This document shows positions 36,482 through 46,126 of a DNA stretch of 64,000 bases, in pieces. The DNA comes from an uncultured Bacteroidota bacterium (GTDB taxonomy: Bacteria > Bacteroidota > Bacteroidia > Bacteroidales > WCHB1-69). Position numbers and translations under genes: made by a program. The stretch spans positions 2,721-66,720 of the forward strand of contig CACYHG010000001.1 in the NCBI GenBank assembly GCA_902774175.1. Direction: 5' to 3'. The notes beneath the pieces were generated by a model that searched no databases, was not told where the DNA came from, and saw only the letters and a program-made list of their open reading frames with translations. Each line of letters begins with the position of its first letter. Within the stretch, counting starts at the first letter, position 1.

Positions 36482-37223
36482 GCCGCCCTCCAATTTTACG
36501 GAAAAGTTTCAACGGCCATATAAAAAACAACGCCACAATGGTCAGACCGGCATTCAGCAGGCTGATCCTGAAAAAGTCGGCAAAGGGCTTGAAGTGGGAG
36601 ACCCGCTCCCCCTCGGGAGGATAATAGACCTTAATGGGCATTGGCAGAAGCGGCACATTTTTCCACGCCGAAGCGACTAAAAGCATCAGTTCGGCCTCAT
36701 AACGGGCGGTCATCAGATGCAGGTTCGGCAGACGGTCCAAAGGATAGAGCCGGTAGCCGGTCTGCGTGTCGGGCAGGCTGATGCCTGTCTGGAGACGGAA
36801 CCAGAAGTTGGAGAACCTGTTGGCGAAACTGTTGCGTCCGGGCATACGCTCCGCCTGCAGGTTGCGGCTCCCTACAATAAGGCTGTCGGGATGGGAGTTC
36901 AGCGTTTCGATAAAATGCGGAATCTCCTCCGGAAAATGCTGCCCGTCAGAATCCATGGTTATAGCATAACGGAACCCACGCCGTCTCGCCTCGTCCAGGC
37001 CGACGCGCAGGGCATGACCCTTCCCCCTGTTCCTGTCATACGAAACGGAACTGATCCTGCCGGAAAAACCGGAAATCACAGCGGACGTGCCGTCATTGCT
37101 CCCGTCATTGACAACAATCAGGTTCGGGCAGTAGGCAAGCGCCCCCTCCACCACCTTTCCCAAGGTGGCCGCATTGTTATATGTGGGTATCAGCACACAG
37201 ACAGAGGCTTCGTTTCCCTGCAT
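36474..37223 (-). CDS. Glycosyltransferase family 2 (ApeJ-like)
   Basis: IPTYNN, VNDGSND, NRGKG, DSDGQH, DTQTGYRLYP. Confidence 0.88.
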   Translation of the reverse strand: MQGNEASVCVLIPTYNNAATLGKVVEGALAYCPNLIVVNDGSNDGTSAVISGFSGRISSVSYDRNRGKGHALRVGLDEARRRGFRYAITMDSDGQHFPEEIPHFIETLNSHPDSLIVGSRNLQAERMPGRNSFANRFSNFWFRLQTGISLPDTQTGYRLYPLDRLPNLHLMTARYEAELMLLVASAWKNVPLLPMPIKVYYPPEGERVSHFKPFADFFRISLLNAGLTIVALFFIWPLKLFRKIGGRHD

Positions 37224-37224
37224 A

Positions 37225-37602
37225 TTATAAGGGCTCAAAAATATAGACCAACGACAATTTGGCAAACAGTTTCCCCTCATCACGGACCACAAGCTGGGTC
37301 CTGCATCCGTCCGCTGTCTGCTCTATGACATCAAACTGATAAATGATCCGTTTGCCATCCTCAGGAAGAACCAGTGCCAGAAATTTGGCATTCTTCACAG
37401 CCTTCAGATAGAGTTCGCACTGCAGACGGGAGGCCAGCAGCTCACCGGCCAGCTGGATTATGCAGACACCGGGTGTGACCGGTTGGGAGGGGAAATGGGC
37501 CCTGTACACCTCATGCCCGGGATTGGCCTGCAGCCGGCAGAGGAGACCCTTCTCCGTCTCCTGCCATCCCTCCAACAGAAACATCTCTCCCAGAACCTTC
37601 AT
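37225..37602 (-). CDS. FabZ-like hot-dog dehydratase (ApeI-like)
   Basis: HEVYRAHFPSQPVTPGV. Confidence 0.8.
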   Translation of the reverse strand: MKVLGEMFLLEGWQETEKGLLCRLQANPGHEVYRAHFPSQPVTPGVCIIQLAGELLASRLQCELYLKAVKNAKFLALVLPEDGKRIIYQFDVIEQTADGCRTQLVVRDEGKLFAKLSLVYIFEPL

Positions 37603-37615
37603 TTGCACACAGATA

Positions 37616-38251
37616 TTAACGATTTACAAACAAACTGTTATCTATAGGCACATTGCATGAAACCTCCTTGAACCTGATAGTGGTCCGGTCGCCGCCAGCC
37701 TCCACAAACTTCACCTCGGTGACACGTTGCGACAGCTTGTCAAACTGCAGGGTCAGCTGCGTGAACATACGCTTCATGCTGCGGCTTTTGGGCTGCATCT
37801 CCGCCCTCCAGGACTTTCCGTCGTCAAAGAGTTGGATTTCGTACATATTTTCGTCGAACAGCTTGCGGCCCGACACCATGCCGGTCACCATACCGGTGAT
37901 TGCCTTCTGGATGCGTCCGGCGGCACTGCCGGCCTTATCCTGCTGCTGTCCGTTCATGAAAACCGAATCCCCACGGACAATAAGCACATTGGAGTAAGGT
38001 TCCGTATATTCCCACCTCAACCTGTCAGGTGAGCGGAAGGCCATTTTGCCTTTGGATACCGCGTCCTCCACCAGCAAGGCGGAGGTTTTGGTCTGTACAA
38101 AACTGCATTGCATGCTTTTGATTTCAGAAGCGGTGCGGGTCAGCTTCTGCATCACCTCCCTGGCCTTATCAGCCGGAAGCGCCCCTCCCTGCTGCGCGGA
38201 AAGCGAAAGGAACGACAGCGCCCACAGGATGAACAAAAATGTTTTTCTCAT
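37616..38251 (-). CDS. LolA-family periplasmic carrier protein
   Basis: Signal peptide; SFVQTK...SKGKM...LRWEYTEPY. Confidence 0.85.
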   Translation of the reverse strand: MRKTFLFILWALSFLSLSAQQGGALPADKAREVMQKLTRTASEIKSMQCSFVQTKTSALLVEDAVSKGKMAFRSPDRLRWEYTEPYSNVLIVRGDSVFMNGQQQDKAGSAAGRIQKAITGMVTGMVSGRKLFDENMYEIQLFDDGKSWRAEMQPKSRSMKRMFTQLTLQFDKLSQRVTEVKFVEAGGDRTTIRFKEVSCNVPIDNSLFVNR

Positions 38252-38273
38252 ATTATTACCGCAATTTAACATG

Positions 38274-38630
38274 TCACCTTATGATGAGCATACAGCCCAG
38301 AACAACCAGCGCCAGACCTATCCATCGCACAAATGGGATGTTCTCACCAAAGACGAGCCATGCAGCAATCATGCCGAAGACATACGCCAGCGCGGTCAAC
38401 GGGTAGGCCTGGTTGAAGGGGTATTTTTTCAGGATATATAGCCACAGGACCGTGGCCACGCCGAAGCTCAAGCCGCAGGCCAGCAGCCACCAGTCGGTCA
38501 GCACCGTTTTGAAATAGGCCCATGACCACTCGAATCTGCCCAGTTTTTCCATGGCAAGTTTCAGAAAAACCTGCCCGCCGGACAAAAAGGCGGTCTGAAC
38601 CGCCACCAATGCAAACAGCCGCCACATCAT
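38274..38630 (-). CDS. EamA/SMR (ArnE/ArnF-like) small membrane transporter
   Basis: Four TM helices; GQVFLK; AYPL...FGE; ATGA overlap with the upstream gene. Confidence 0.8.
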   Translation of the reverse strand: MMWRLFALVAVQTAFLSGGQVFLKLAMEKLGRFEWSWAYFKTVLTDWWLLACGLSFGVATVLWLYILKKYPFNQAYPLTALAYVFGMIAAWLVFGENIPFVRWIGLALVVLGCMLIIR

Positions 38631-39667
38631 GCCTCCAACAATATAAGTGAGCGGCTGTGGCCGTCCCCACGGTTGTACAACAACAGGCATCGTGGAGCTC
38701 CGGACAACCGTTGCTTTTCATCAACATATAGGAAATCAGGGATAAATCCCCGCTTCAGGCACTGGGCCGCCACATAAAAGCCCAATCCGGATGCGGTGAA
38801 ACTCTGCCCGAAAAGATGCTTGTAGCGCAGCAGAGGCTTCTCCCCCACCATGCGTCTGGTTTCAGACAGATAGAGGGCATCTGAGGTAGGGTTGCCGCTG
38901 ACACCGCAAAGCACCGCGTCAATGTCATCTGTAGTGCGGCCCGCCCGAGACAGCAGACCCTGCAAAGCGACGTTCAGCGTTTCCTCATCAGAATTGGACA
39001 AGATGCGCATGCCCGCCAACCGGCATAGTGGTTGGCCGGAACCTGCCGCCGTTCCGCAGCCCAGCACCACCGCCGTGGCCGCCTCCCCGCACACCTCCAC
39101 GCCCTGGCCGAAGATGTCGCCCTTGCGCAGTATCTCATAAAACACCGGGGTCATCTCATCGTGTCCGCCCACCAATGCTGTTTGGATTTTTTTCAGTCCG
39201 AACTGAAGCCATGCGTCATACAGGGCGGAATCAAAGGATATGTGCTTGTGCGCATAAGTGTTGTTATAGGCATGGTTCCCGGTACGGATGGCTATCTGCG
39301 AACTGATGGTGTTATGGGTGGACTGCATGAAGCAGGTGGGTTTCAACAGGCTCTCCCCCTCCCTGCACAAAGGGTCAAGGAACAGCTCGGTGTTTTCAAT
39401 GCAGCCGTAGCCCGTACCGGTAATCACCGCTTCGGGTGATGAAACGCCTGACTCACGCATCGCCTCCAAGGAAACCGCGATGGCACGTTTCAATATAGGC
39501 CCCATGCGGCGCGCCTCCATCGGAGGAATATAGGGTTTGAAATCGGGATTGGCCGCACGCACAAAAGGCTCGGACGGATACAAGGGATGCTCCATCCACT
39601 CCTCACACAACGGCTGCTGCATGGATATCTGTTTGGCGGACAATATATAGATTTCCTCCTTGTTCAT
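38627..39667 (-). CDS. Ketosynthase chain-length factor (non-catalytic)
   Basis: KS N-domain (ARRM, PTCFMQSTHN) without the catalytic Cys; coupled to the KS. Confidence 0.8.
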   Translation of the reverse strand: MNKEEIYILSAKQISMQQPLCEEWMEHPLYPSEPFVRAANPDFKPYIPPMEARRMGPILKRAIAVSLEAMRESGVSSPEAVITGTGYGCIENTELFLDPLCREGESLLKPTCFMQSTHNTISSQIAIRTGNHAYNNTYAHKHISFDSALYDAWLQFGLKKIQTALVGGHDEMTPVFYEILRKGDIFGQGVEVCGEAATAVVLGCGTAAGSGQPLCRLAGMRILSNSDEETLNVALQGLLSRAGRTTDDIDAVLCGVSGNPTSDALYLSETRRMVGEKPLLRYKHLFGQSFTASGLGFYVAAQCLKRGFIPDFLYVDEKQRLSGAPRCLLLYNRGDGHSRSLILLEA

Positions 39668-40869
39668 CGGCCTACAGGTTTTGAAAACAACAGGGAGGAA
39701 TCGTTACCGCCGAAGCCGAAGGCATTGCAGAGCACATGCTCAAGCCCGGCCTCACGGGTTGCAGTGACCGGCACCAAGCCCTCTTCGATGGGTTGGCTCC
39801 AGTTCAGGTTGGCAGGGATAAAACCGTTCCGCATCGCCAGCAGGCAGAAGACCGCCTCGATGGAACCGGATGCGCTCGTGGTGTGGCCTGTAAAGGGTTT
39901 TGTTGAGGAGAAGGGAGGCAGCTGCGGCCCGAAAATCCGCCGCAGCGCATGGCTCTCACTCAAATCGTTATTGGGGGTTCCGGTACCATGGGCATTCACA
40001 TAACCGACGTCCTGCGGAGACAATCCGGCCATCTCCAACGCCTCCTTCATGGCAAGGAAAGCGCCCTCTCCGTCAGGTGAGGAGGCTGTCTGGTGGAAAG
40101 CGTCACAGCCATTGCCGTAACCGGAAAGGACTGCCTGCGCCGGCACGCCGCGCCGTTGCGCATGCTCCGCGCTTTCCAGCACCAGATAGGCCGCGCCCTC
40201 GCCCAGATTCAGGCCGTTGCGCGTGGCGTCGAACGGACGGCAGGGCCGCTCGTCCAGAATCATCAGGGAATGGAAACCGTTGAGGTGGAATTTGGTGATG
40301 CACTCGCTTCCGCCCGCAACCACCATATCCGCTTCGCCGCACCGGATCATATTGGCGCCCAATATTATGGCATTGGCCGCCGAAGAGCAGGCGGTGGATG
40401 GTGTTGTCACCATCGCCCATTCACCAAAATGCTGCGCGACAGCCTCCGAGCAGGAGCCGCAGTCGTGCAGCGCAATGTATTCCATGTGGGATTCTCCGGA
40501 GAGAAAATCCAGATAATATTGTTCGCTTTTGTCCATGCCGCCCACCGTGGTCCCGGAAATGAAGGCCGTTTCCGGAAGCATTCCGGCGGACACTTCCGCC
40601 TCCTGCAACGCCTCCTGCAACGCCAGCATCCCCATCAGCGCGGTGCGGGTGGTGAGCGCATCCGGGGCAATCCCCAGCCGCTCCCGCATCTGCCCGTTGG
40701 AGAGTTTCACCTCACCTACCGGAAATTCATGGTGGGATGTCTGCAGATACTGCACCTCACCCACACCGGAACGTTCCGCAAGCAGCGAGGCCAGACATTC
40801 CCGCTTGTCCAGGCCGATGGCGGATACCACGCCCGAACCTGTAATCCAGACAGGAGCGGCGGCACCCAC
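39664..40869 (-). CDS. Beta-ketoacyl-ACP synthase
   Basis: STACSS, HGTGT, GHT triad. Confidence 0.92.
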   Translation of the reverse strand: MGAAAPVWITGSGVVSAIGLDKRECLASLLAERSGVGEVQYLQTSHHEFPVGEVKLSNGQMRERLGIAPDALTTRTALMGMLALQEALQEAEVSAGMLPETAFISGTTVGGMDKSEQYYLDFLSGESHMEYIALHDCGSCSEAVAQHFGEWAMVTTPSTACSSAANAIILGANMIRCGEADMVVAGGSECITKFHLNGFHSLMILDERPCRPFDATRNGLNLGEGAAYLVLESAEHAQRRGVPAQAVLSGYGNGCDAFHQTASSPDGEGAFLAMKEALEMAGLSPQDVGYVNAHGTGTPNNDLSESHALRRIFGPQLPPFSSTKPFTGHTTSASGSIEAVFCLLAMRNGFIPANLNWSQPIEEGLVPVTATREAGLEHVLCNAFGFGGNDSSLLFSKPVGR

Positions 40870-41126
40870 TATTTGGTCCTGTTTTTCTGGATATAGTCGG
40901 CCATCACCGTGATGGACTTGAAAATCTCCTTGCCCTGGGCAGGATCCTTCAGCTTGATGCCGTAATTACGCTCCATCATCACAATCAGTTCCAATGCGTC
41001 GATGGAATCCAGACCCAGACCGTCCCCGAACAGGGAGGCGTTCTCGTCAATATCCTCCGGCCTGACCTCTTCCAGGTTCAAGGCCTCTATAATCTTCACC
41101 TTTAATTCTTCTATCAATTCCTTCAT
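40869..41126 (-). CDS. Acyl carrier protein
   Basis: LFGDGLGLDSIDALE. Confidence 0.92.
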   Translation of the reverse strand: MKELIEELKVKIIEALNLEEVRPEDIDENASLFGDGLGLDSIDALELIVMMERNYGIKLKDPAQGKEIFKSITVMADYIQKNRTK

Positions 41127-41213
41127 AGAAATACCCTATAATGTTCGTCTGTTATTTAACAAATAAATTTTAACGTTGGGTTTGTGGATATATTGTCGGA
41201 TTACAAAAAAAAA

Positions 41214-41828
41214 TCAAAGCGATGTGAACATCCGTTCCAGAGTGGCCGCCAACCCATGCCGGTCCAATTCCCCTTCCCGCTCCACCAGGAGCATAAGGCA
41301 CTGCCAATGTGATTCGTCAGAACATTCCGTCCAGCCGACAAGCTGCGACTGGCAGACAGGATCCTGGAATGCGGCGGCGACATGCATGGCAATCTGTTCC
41401 GGGTCGAACTTTTCCAACACGACAAAGGATGTCTCGCCATAATATTTGTTCCGGATGGCGATTTCTCCGGTCACAATGTTGGGCAGCGTGTATACAAACA
41501 GCGCGGGGCTGGGATAATAGTTGTCCGCATCACTGATGGTCTCCTGATAACGTCTGTCAGCAACCAGGGAGGCACTGCGGTTACAGAAGACTACGCTGCG
41601 GTCTTCACGCGGAACAAAACGGGGAGCATCCTCGCTCTGCAGCAGCAGCTCCGAGGCGACGAATCCCAGTTTGCCCAGCATGTCCATCTTGAAAAATTTG
41701 GGATAGTCGCCCACCTTCCGCCTGTAAAGCTCATGCAGCATCTCCACGCCACCACCCACAACACCTAACGTTTCGCCATTGAGCGACAAACTGTCCGGAG
41801 AAAAGGAAAGCCATTTTTTTATACGCAT
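41214..41828 (-). CDS. Short ketosynthase-like chain-length factor
   Basis: YPKFFKMD, PSPALFVYTLPNI; no catalytic Cys; coupled to the KS. Confidence 0.75.
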   Translation of the reverse strand: MRIKKWLSFSPDSLSLNGETLGVVGGGVEMLHELYRRKVGDYPKFFKMDMLGKLGFVASELLLQSEDAPRFVPREDRSVVFCNRSASLVADRRYQETISDADNYYPSPALFVYTLPNIVTGEIAIRNKYYGETSFVVLEKFDPEQIAMHVAAAFQDPVCQSQLVGWTECSDESHWQCLMLLVEREGELDRHGLAATLERMFTSL

Positions 41829-42964
41829 AACCCACCTCCTTTCGCAAAAAGCAGCGCGGCGTTGCAGCCGCCGAAGCCGGAGAGCAGTTTAACAAATGCC
41901 CGTTTGTCTGTGGATTGGTGTTGGGCTGTCAGACGCAACGGATGTGAGACGCCGCAATGTTCAAAACCTTTGGTACCCAAAACGCAACGGTCATCCACCG
42001 CCCGCATGGAGAGTATGGTTTCCAGCACGCCGGCCGCACCCATCGTGTGGCCGAAATGACCCTTGAGCCCGTTGACCGGAACCTCCGCCAAACCAGCGCG
42101 GGTTATGGCGACCGATTCCATCTCATCGTTATAGGCGGTGGCAGTGCCATGCGCATTTACGAAGGCCAACTCTCCGGCATCAAAACCGGCCAGCACCGCC
42201 TTAAGTGCGCGGTAGCTGCCCTCACCTTCACGCGAAGGGCCGGAAATATGGTTGGCGTCGTTGCGGATTGCTCCACGGCAGGCAACCCATTCCTCCGGCT
42301 GCGCCTTTTCGCGCCGCGCATAGACAATGCAGGCTGCGGCCTCACCCAGATTCAACCCTTTGCGTGCCGCATCGAAAGGGCGGCACGGCTCGTCCGACAA
42401 TGCCTTGAAGGACTGGAATCCGGAGACGATGAACTGGGACTGCATGTCCGCACCCGCAACAACCGCATAGTCATAAAAGCCGCCCTCAAGCAGCCGCATG
42501 GCCTCAATTTGGGCACACAAGCCAGATATACAGGCATTGGAGACCACCACGGGCGGGTTGGGATTACCAAAATGTGCGCACACCTTCCGCGCCGACACCC
42601 CAAGCAGCACACGTTCCTGCGGAAAGCCGGAAACATGTTCATCCAAAAGACAGACATTTCCTTTGGTGGTGGAGAAGACAAAAACAACCTTCGATGAGGC
42701 CGCGTCAACATGCGCATTCTCCAATGCGGCCCGGATGGTACGGACAAGCACCTGTTCAAATGGAGTATAGCTCTCCAGATGCAATGCGGACGATTCCGCC
42801 GCAAAGGCCTCTTCGTCAAAAAGCGAGGCGACAAACGGCTCCGGAACATGCCATTTTCCGCTATATCTTTTCAGTGCGCTCCGTCCCTCCCTGACAGCCA
42901 TGTAATTGGCCTCAGTGCCATCACCCAACGGGGAGAGGATGTGATCCGACAGCTTTACAATCAT
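41819..42964 (-). CDS. Beta-ketoacyl-ACP synthase
   Basis: SNACISG, HGTAT, GHTMGAAG. Confidence 0.9.
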   Translation of the reverse strand: MIVKLSDHILSPLGDGTEANYMAVREGRSALKRYSGKWHVPEPFVASLFDEEAFAAESSALHLESYTPFEQVLVRTIRAALENAHVDAASSKVVFVFSTTKGNVCLLDEHVSGFPQERVLLGVSARKVCAHFGNPNPPVVVSNACISGLCAQIEAMRLLEGGFYDYAVVAGADMQSQFIVSGFQSFKALSDEPCRPFDAARKGLNLGEAAACIVYARREKAQPEEWVACRGAIRNDANHISGPSREGEGSYRALKAVLAGFDAGELAFVNAHGTATAYNDEMESVAITRAGLAEVPVNGLKGHFGHTMGAAGVLETILSMRAVDDRCVLGTKGFEHCGVSHPLRLTAQHQSTDKRAFVKLLSGFGGCNAALLFAKGGGLCV

Positions 42965-43395
42965 GGCATCATCCCCCATTTCCTTTTCCATGCCTCAAAA
43001 AATTCGGGATTCCCCCAAACCATCTGATAGCTCTCCTTTTCCATGAACACCTGCACCGAGTGGCCGGTAAGGACCACCTCCCCGCTTTCCAAATCGGTTA
43101 TTTCGTAGTCAAACACCAGTTTGGCCGCTTCCGTGGGACGGTAGAAAATCCGTATTTCAGCCCTGTCGCCATAGCGTAGCGGACGTTTGTACTTGAAAGT
43201 CAGCTCCACCAGAGGGGCAAAATATCCGTTGCCATAAATGGTAAGGTAATCCAGGCCATATTTTTCCCCGAACGCCTCCCGCGCATCCTCAAAATATTTC
43301 GCATAGTTGCCATGCCAAACTACGTGCATGGAATCCACCTCGCTGAAACGGATGTCTATTTTCCTGACTGCCGACAAAACACTCTCTTCCATCAC
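42961..43395 (-). CDS. Acyl-CoA/ACP thioesterase (4HBT hot-dog; ApeK-like)
   Basis: RFSEVDSMHVVWHGNYAKYFEDARE. Confidence 0.9.
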   Translation of the reverse strand: MMEESVLSAVRKIDIRFSEVDSMHVVWHGNYAKYFEDAREAFGEKYGLDYLTIYGNGYFAPLVELTFKYKRPLRYGDRAEIRIFYRPTEAAKLVFDYEITDLESGEVVLTGHSVQVFMEKESYQMVWGNPEFFEAWKRKWGMMP

Positions 43396-43397
43396 CC

Positions 43398-43829
43398 CTA
43401 ACTGTTTTCCGTCAATGCTATTTTCATTTGTGCGTCACAGAGTGTCTCATCCCCGACGCACACGGTGGCATGGACCATTGTCATCTGGAAGACCTCCTCC
43501 ATGATTTCAATTCCGAACACAACGGTTTCACCCAATAAAGGCGTGCGCTTAACCTCCAATCTGCTGATGGCTCCGATCACCCCGATTTTCACGGTTCCGC
43601 CAGCCTTCAGGCTCAAATAGCCGATACGGGCGGCACAAGTCTGGGCGATGCCCTCTATCATGCCCGGAACTGAAAGATGTCCCGAAGTGAAGAACAGATT
43701 GTCCTCCCGTACAGTCAGTTCCGCCAAGGTCCGCTGTCCGTCACATGAGAGCACCCTGTCCAGCATCACAAAAGGCGGACGCTGCGGCAGCAGCTCCAAC
43801 AGGCCGATTTCGTTTATCTCTCTGTCCAT
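43398..43829 (-). CDS. Hot-dog dehydratase partner (ApeP-like)
   Basis: LLPQRPPFVMLD, IEGIAQTCAA. Confidence 0.8.
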   Translation of the reverse strand: MDREINEIGLLELLPQRPPFVMLDRVLSCDGQRTLAELTVREDNLFFTSGHLSVPGMIEGIAQTCAARIGYLSLKAGGTVKIGVIGAISRLEVKRTPLLGETVVFGIEIMEEVFQMTMVHATVCVGDETLCDAQMKIALTENS

Positions 43830-44707
43830 AAGTCGTAATAATTATACCATTGTGTAGGATAGCGGCGCAAAACAGACTCCAGTTCAGCCACATAATTCTG
43901 TGCAAGCTGCACCACCTGTTCACTCCGTCCGGACTGCGTGTCATATTGCAGCGGCCTCACAAGGATGCGGTAGGTGCGGTAGCCCTCCTTCATCACAAAA
44001 ACCGCAAGCGCCCCAACCCCCTTCCGGACAGCCAAAGCGAAGCCGCCCATGGGGAAGTCCGCCTTTTTTCCAAAGAAGAGGCATTCCACGCTTTTTGAGG
44101 AACCGTATATGCGGTCGGCAGGAAGGCTCACGATGTCACCGGCCTCCAAAGCCGCATTCATTGAAAACAGGTGCGACAGATCCTCCCTTACCGGAATCAT
44201 TCGGATTTGGTGGCGCGAAAGCCGCTCCTGCCGGTTACGCATGATGGTCTCCGTCTCCGCGGCATATACCAGCGCATGCATCCGTTTGCGCTCCGGCTGA
44301 AGCGCGTAGCCGGCCATCTCATAGTTTCCCGCATGGGAACTGAACACAACAAAACCGGCATCCTCCTGCTCCCTTTCCCGGAACAGTCCGATGCCATCCA
44401 TATTGAAACGGTACCTTTTACCGGCAAAACAGCCGAAGCGGTCCAGGACAACCTGACCGAACTGGAAATGGTTCCTCCAGACATAAACACAGGACTTTAA
44501 GGCACCATATCCGAACGCTGTCCGGAAAAACCGGTACATGGGTTTGAAGCCCTTGCCGAAAAATAGGTAGAAAGGAAGAACAAGGGCCATAATGCCGTAG
44601 AGCAGCCATAACGGCAGGAAACGGAGCATGACCACCAGGGACTGCTGCATCCAAGGCAATCCGTCTGTCCTGCCCGACCATGGACGGTTTCCTCCTGCCT
44701 CTGCCAT
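43814..44707 (-). CDS. LpxL/HtrB-family acyltransferase
   Basis: SSHAGNYE, LPADR, YPTQWYNYY. Confidence 0.85.
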   Translation of the reverse strand: MAEAGGNRPWSGRTDGLPWMQQSLVVMLRFLPLWLLYGIMALVLPFYLFFGKGFKPMYRFFRTAFGYGALKSCVYVWRNHFQFGQVVLDRFGCFAGKRYRFNMDGIGLFREREQEDAGFVVFSSHAGNYEMAGYALQPERKRMHALVYAAETETIMRNRQERLSRHQIRMIPVREDLSHLFSMNAALEAGDIVSLPADRIYGSSKSVECLFFGKKADFPMGGFALAVRKGVGALAVFVMKEGYRTYRILVRPLQYDTQSGRSEQVVQLAQNYVAELESVLRRYPTQWYNYYDLWTER

Positions 44708-44712
44708 ACGTG

Positions 44713-44958
44713 CTATTTGCTGACTTTCTTCCCGATGTAGTCTATAAACTGGGAATATGTCTTAACCTCCGACATCTCCTCCGGCTTGATTTTAAACCCG
44801 AATATCTTTTCAACAATAACCACGATATCAATAAAATCAAGGCTGTCAATGCCGATATCCTCCTTCAGGCGCGCCTCTTCGCTGATCTTCTCCTCCTCAA
44901 TTTCAAGATCCTCAATCAGAAAATTCCTGACTTTCCCCTCTATTTCCTCTCTGCTCAT
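44713..44958 (-). CDS. Acyl carrier protein
   Basis: IGIDSLD. Confidence 0.9.
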   Translation of the reverse strand: MSREEIEGKVRNFLIEDLEIEEEKISEEARLKEDIGIDSLDFIDIVVIVEKIFGFKIKPEEMSEVKTYSQFIDYIGKKVSK

Positions 44959-44990
44959 TTTATATGATGATTTTAACAATTTCAAATTAT

Positions 44991-46097
44991 TCACATACTA
45001 CAGGGTTTGCTGCAGACCATGATGCTGTGCCCCTGTCCCAATCCGTCATGTATCATCTCCACCTGCAATCCGGCCTGTTCCACCAACCGCCGCATTTCGT
45101 CGGAATGGTACATCTTGCTGTTGCCGTTGGCGATTGCAGTGAAATACAGACTGGTCATGGTCAGGCAGAAGGCCGCAGTGTCGAATTTCTGCCTGTCCCA
45201 GAAGGTCTCCATTATGTACAGCCGGCTCTCCCCATCCATGATAGAGGCCGCACGACGCAGAATGCTGACAATCTCATCCGCGGCAAAGCAATCCAGGAAC
45301 TGGCTCATCCAGATGGCATCATAGTGTCTGTCGGTCGGAAAGGCCGTGCTACCATCCAGCAGGTTGCCACCGTATCCATGGATGCGTCCCGCCCCGTTTT
45401 TGCCGGCGGTGAAACGGCGCATAAGCTCAAGCTGCTGCGGCAGATCCATAATGGTGACCTCAACCTGCCCGTCAAAATCCACGCAGCGCAACGCCCAACG
45501 CCCGGTATTGCCGCCCACATCCAGAAGGTTTTTAGGATGACGTGCGAACACAATCTCCAACGCCTGTCGGAAAGATTCGTCCGAATAGAAATGGTCGAAG
45601 GCGAACCAGCTCTCCTGCACCTGCTCCGGAAGCTGCGACAACCCTTCATAAACTGTGGGCCAGTCACCGAAATGGCGCAATCCGGCAGGTTTCCCCTCCT
45701 TCAGGGACTCCTCAAGGCGGAAAAGCCCCTCATAGTTCACATCATGATTGAAGTTGATATTGATACGGGTACGCCGGTCGTTCAACAGGAACCAGCCGGT
45801 CTTGGACAAGGTGAAGCGGTCATTCTCCGCATCGGCCAGCAGTGTGCCCGAACAGAGCGAAGCCTCCATCAGCACCTTGGCGGCATATTCGGAAATGCCC
45901 GCCTTTTCCGCCACCTCCGTAATTGTCATGCCTGCCCCGCTTTGGGAAATCATCTCAAAAATCCCCCATTTCAGCATCAGACGGCTCACCTGGAACAACA
46001 CAGGCCCCCATGCGATGAATTCAGCCATCCGCTGGGCCTCCAGGGCGGAGAGCCGTTCCGTGGAAAACTGCTTGTCTAAGGCCGGATCGATATACAT
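44991..46097 (-). CDS. Class I SAM-dependent methyltransferase (O-MT type, N-terminal dimerisation domain)
   Basis: LLDVGGNTG, MDLP, MSQFLDCF. Confidence 0.88.
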   Translation of the reverse strand: MYIDPALDKQFSTERLSALEAQRMAEFIAWGPVLFQVSRLMLKWGIFEMISQSGAGMTITEVAEKAGISEYAAKVLMEASLCSGTLLADAENDRFTLSKTGWFLLNDRRTRININFNHDVNYEGLFRLEESLKEGKPAGLRHFGDWPTVYEGLSQLPEQVQESWFAFDHFYSDESFRQALEIVFARHPKNLLDVGGNTGRWALRCVDFDGQVEVTIMDLPQQLELMRRFTAGKNGAGRIHGYGGNLLDGSTAFPTDRHYDAIWMSQFLDCFAADEIVSILRRAASIMDGESRLYIMETFWDRQKFDTAAFCLTMTSLYFTAIANGNSKMYHSDEMRRLVEQAGLQVEMIHDGLGQGHSIMVCSKPCSM

Positions 46098-46126
46098 TGT
46101 CTACTTTTTTCTTGTTTCCTGAATAT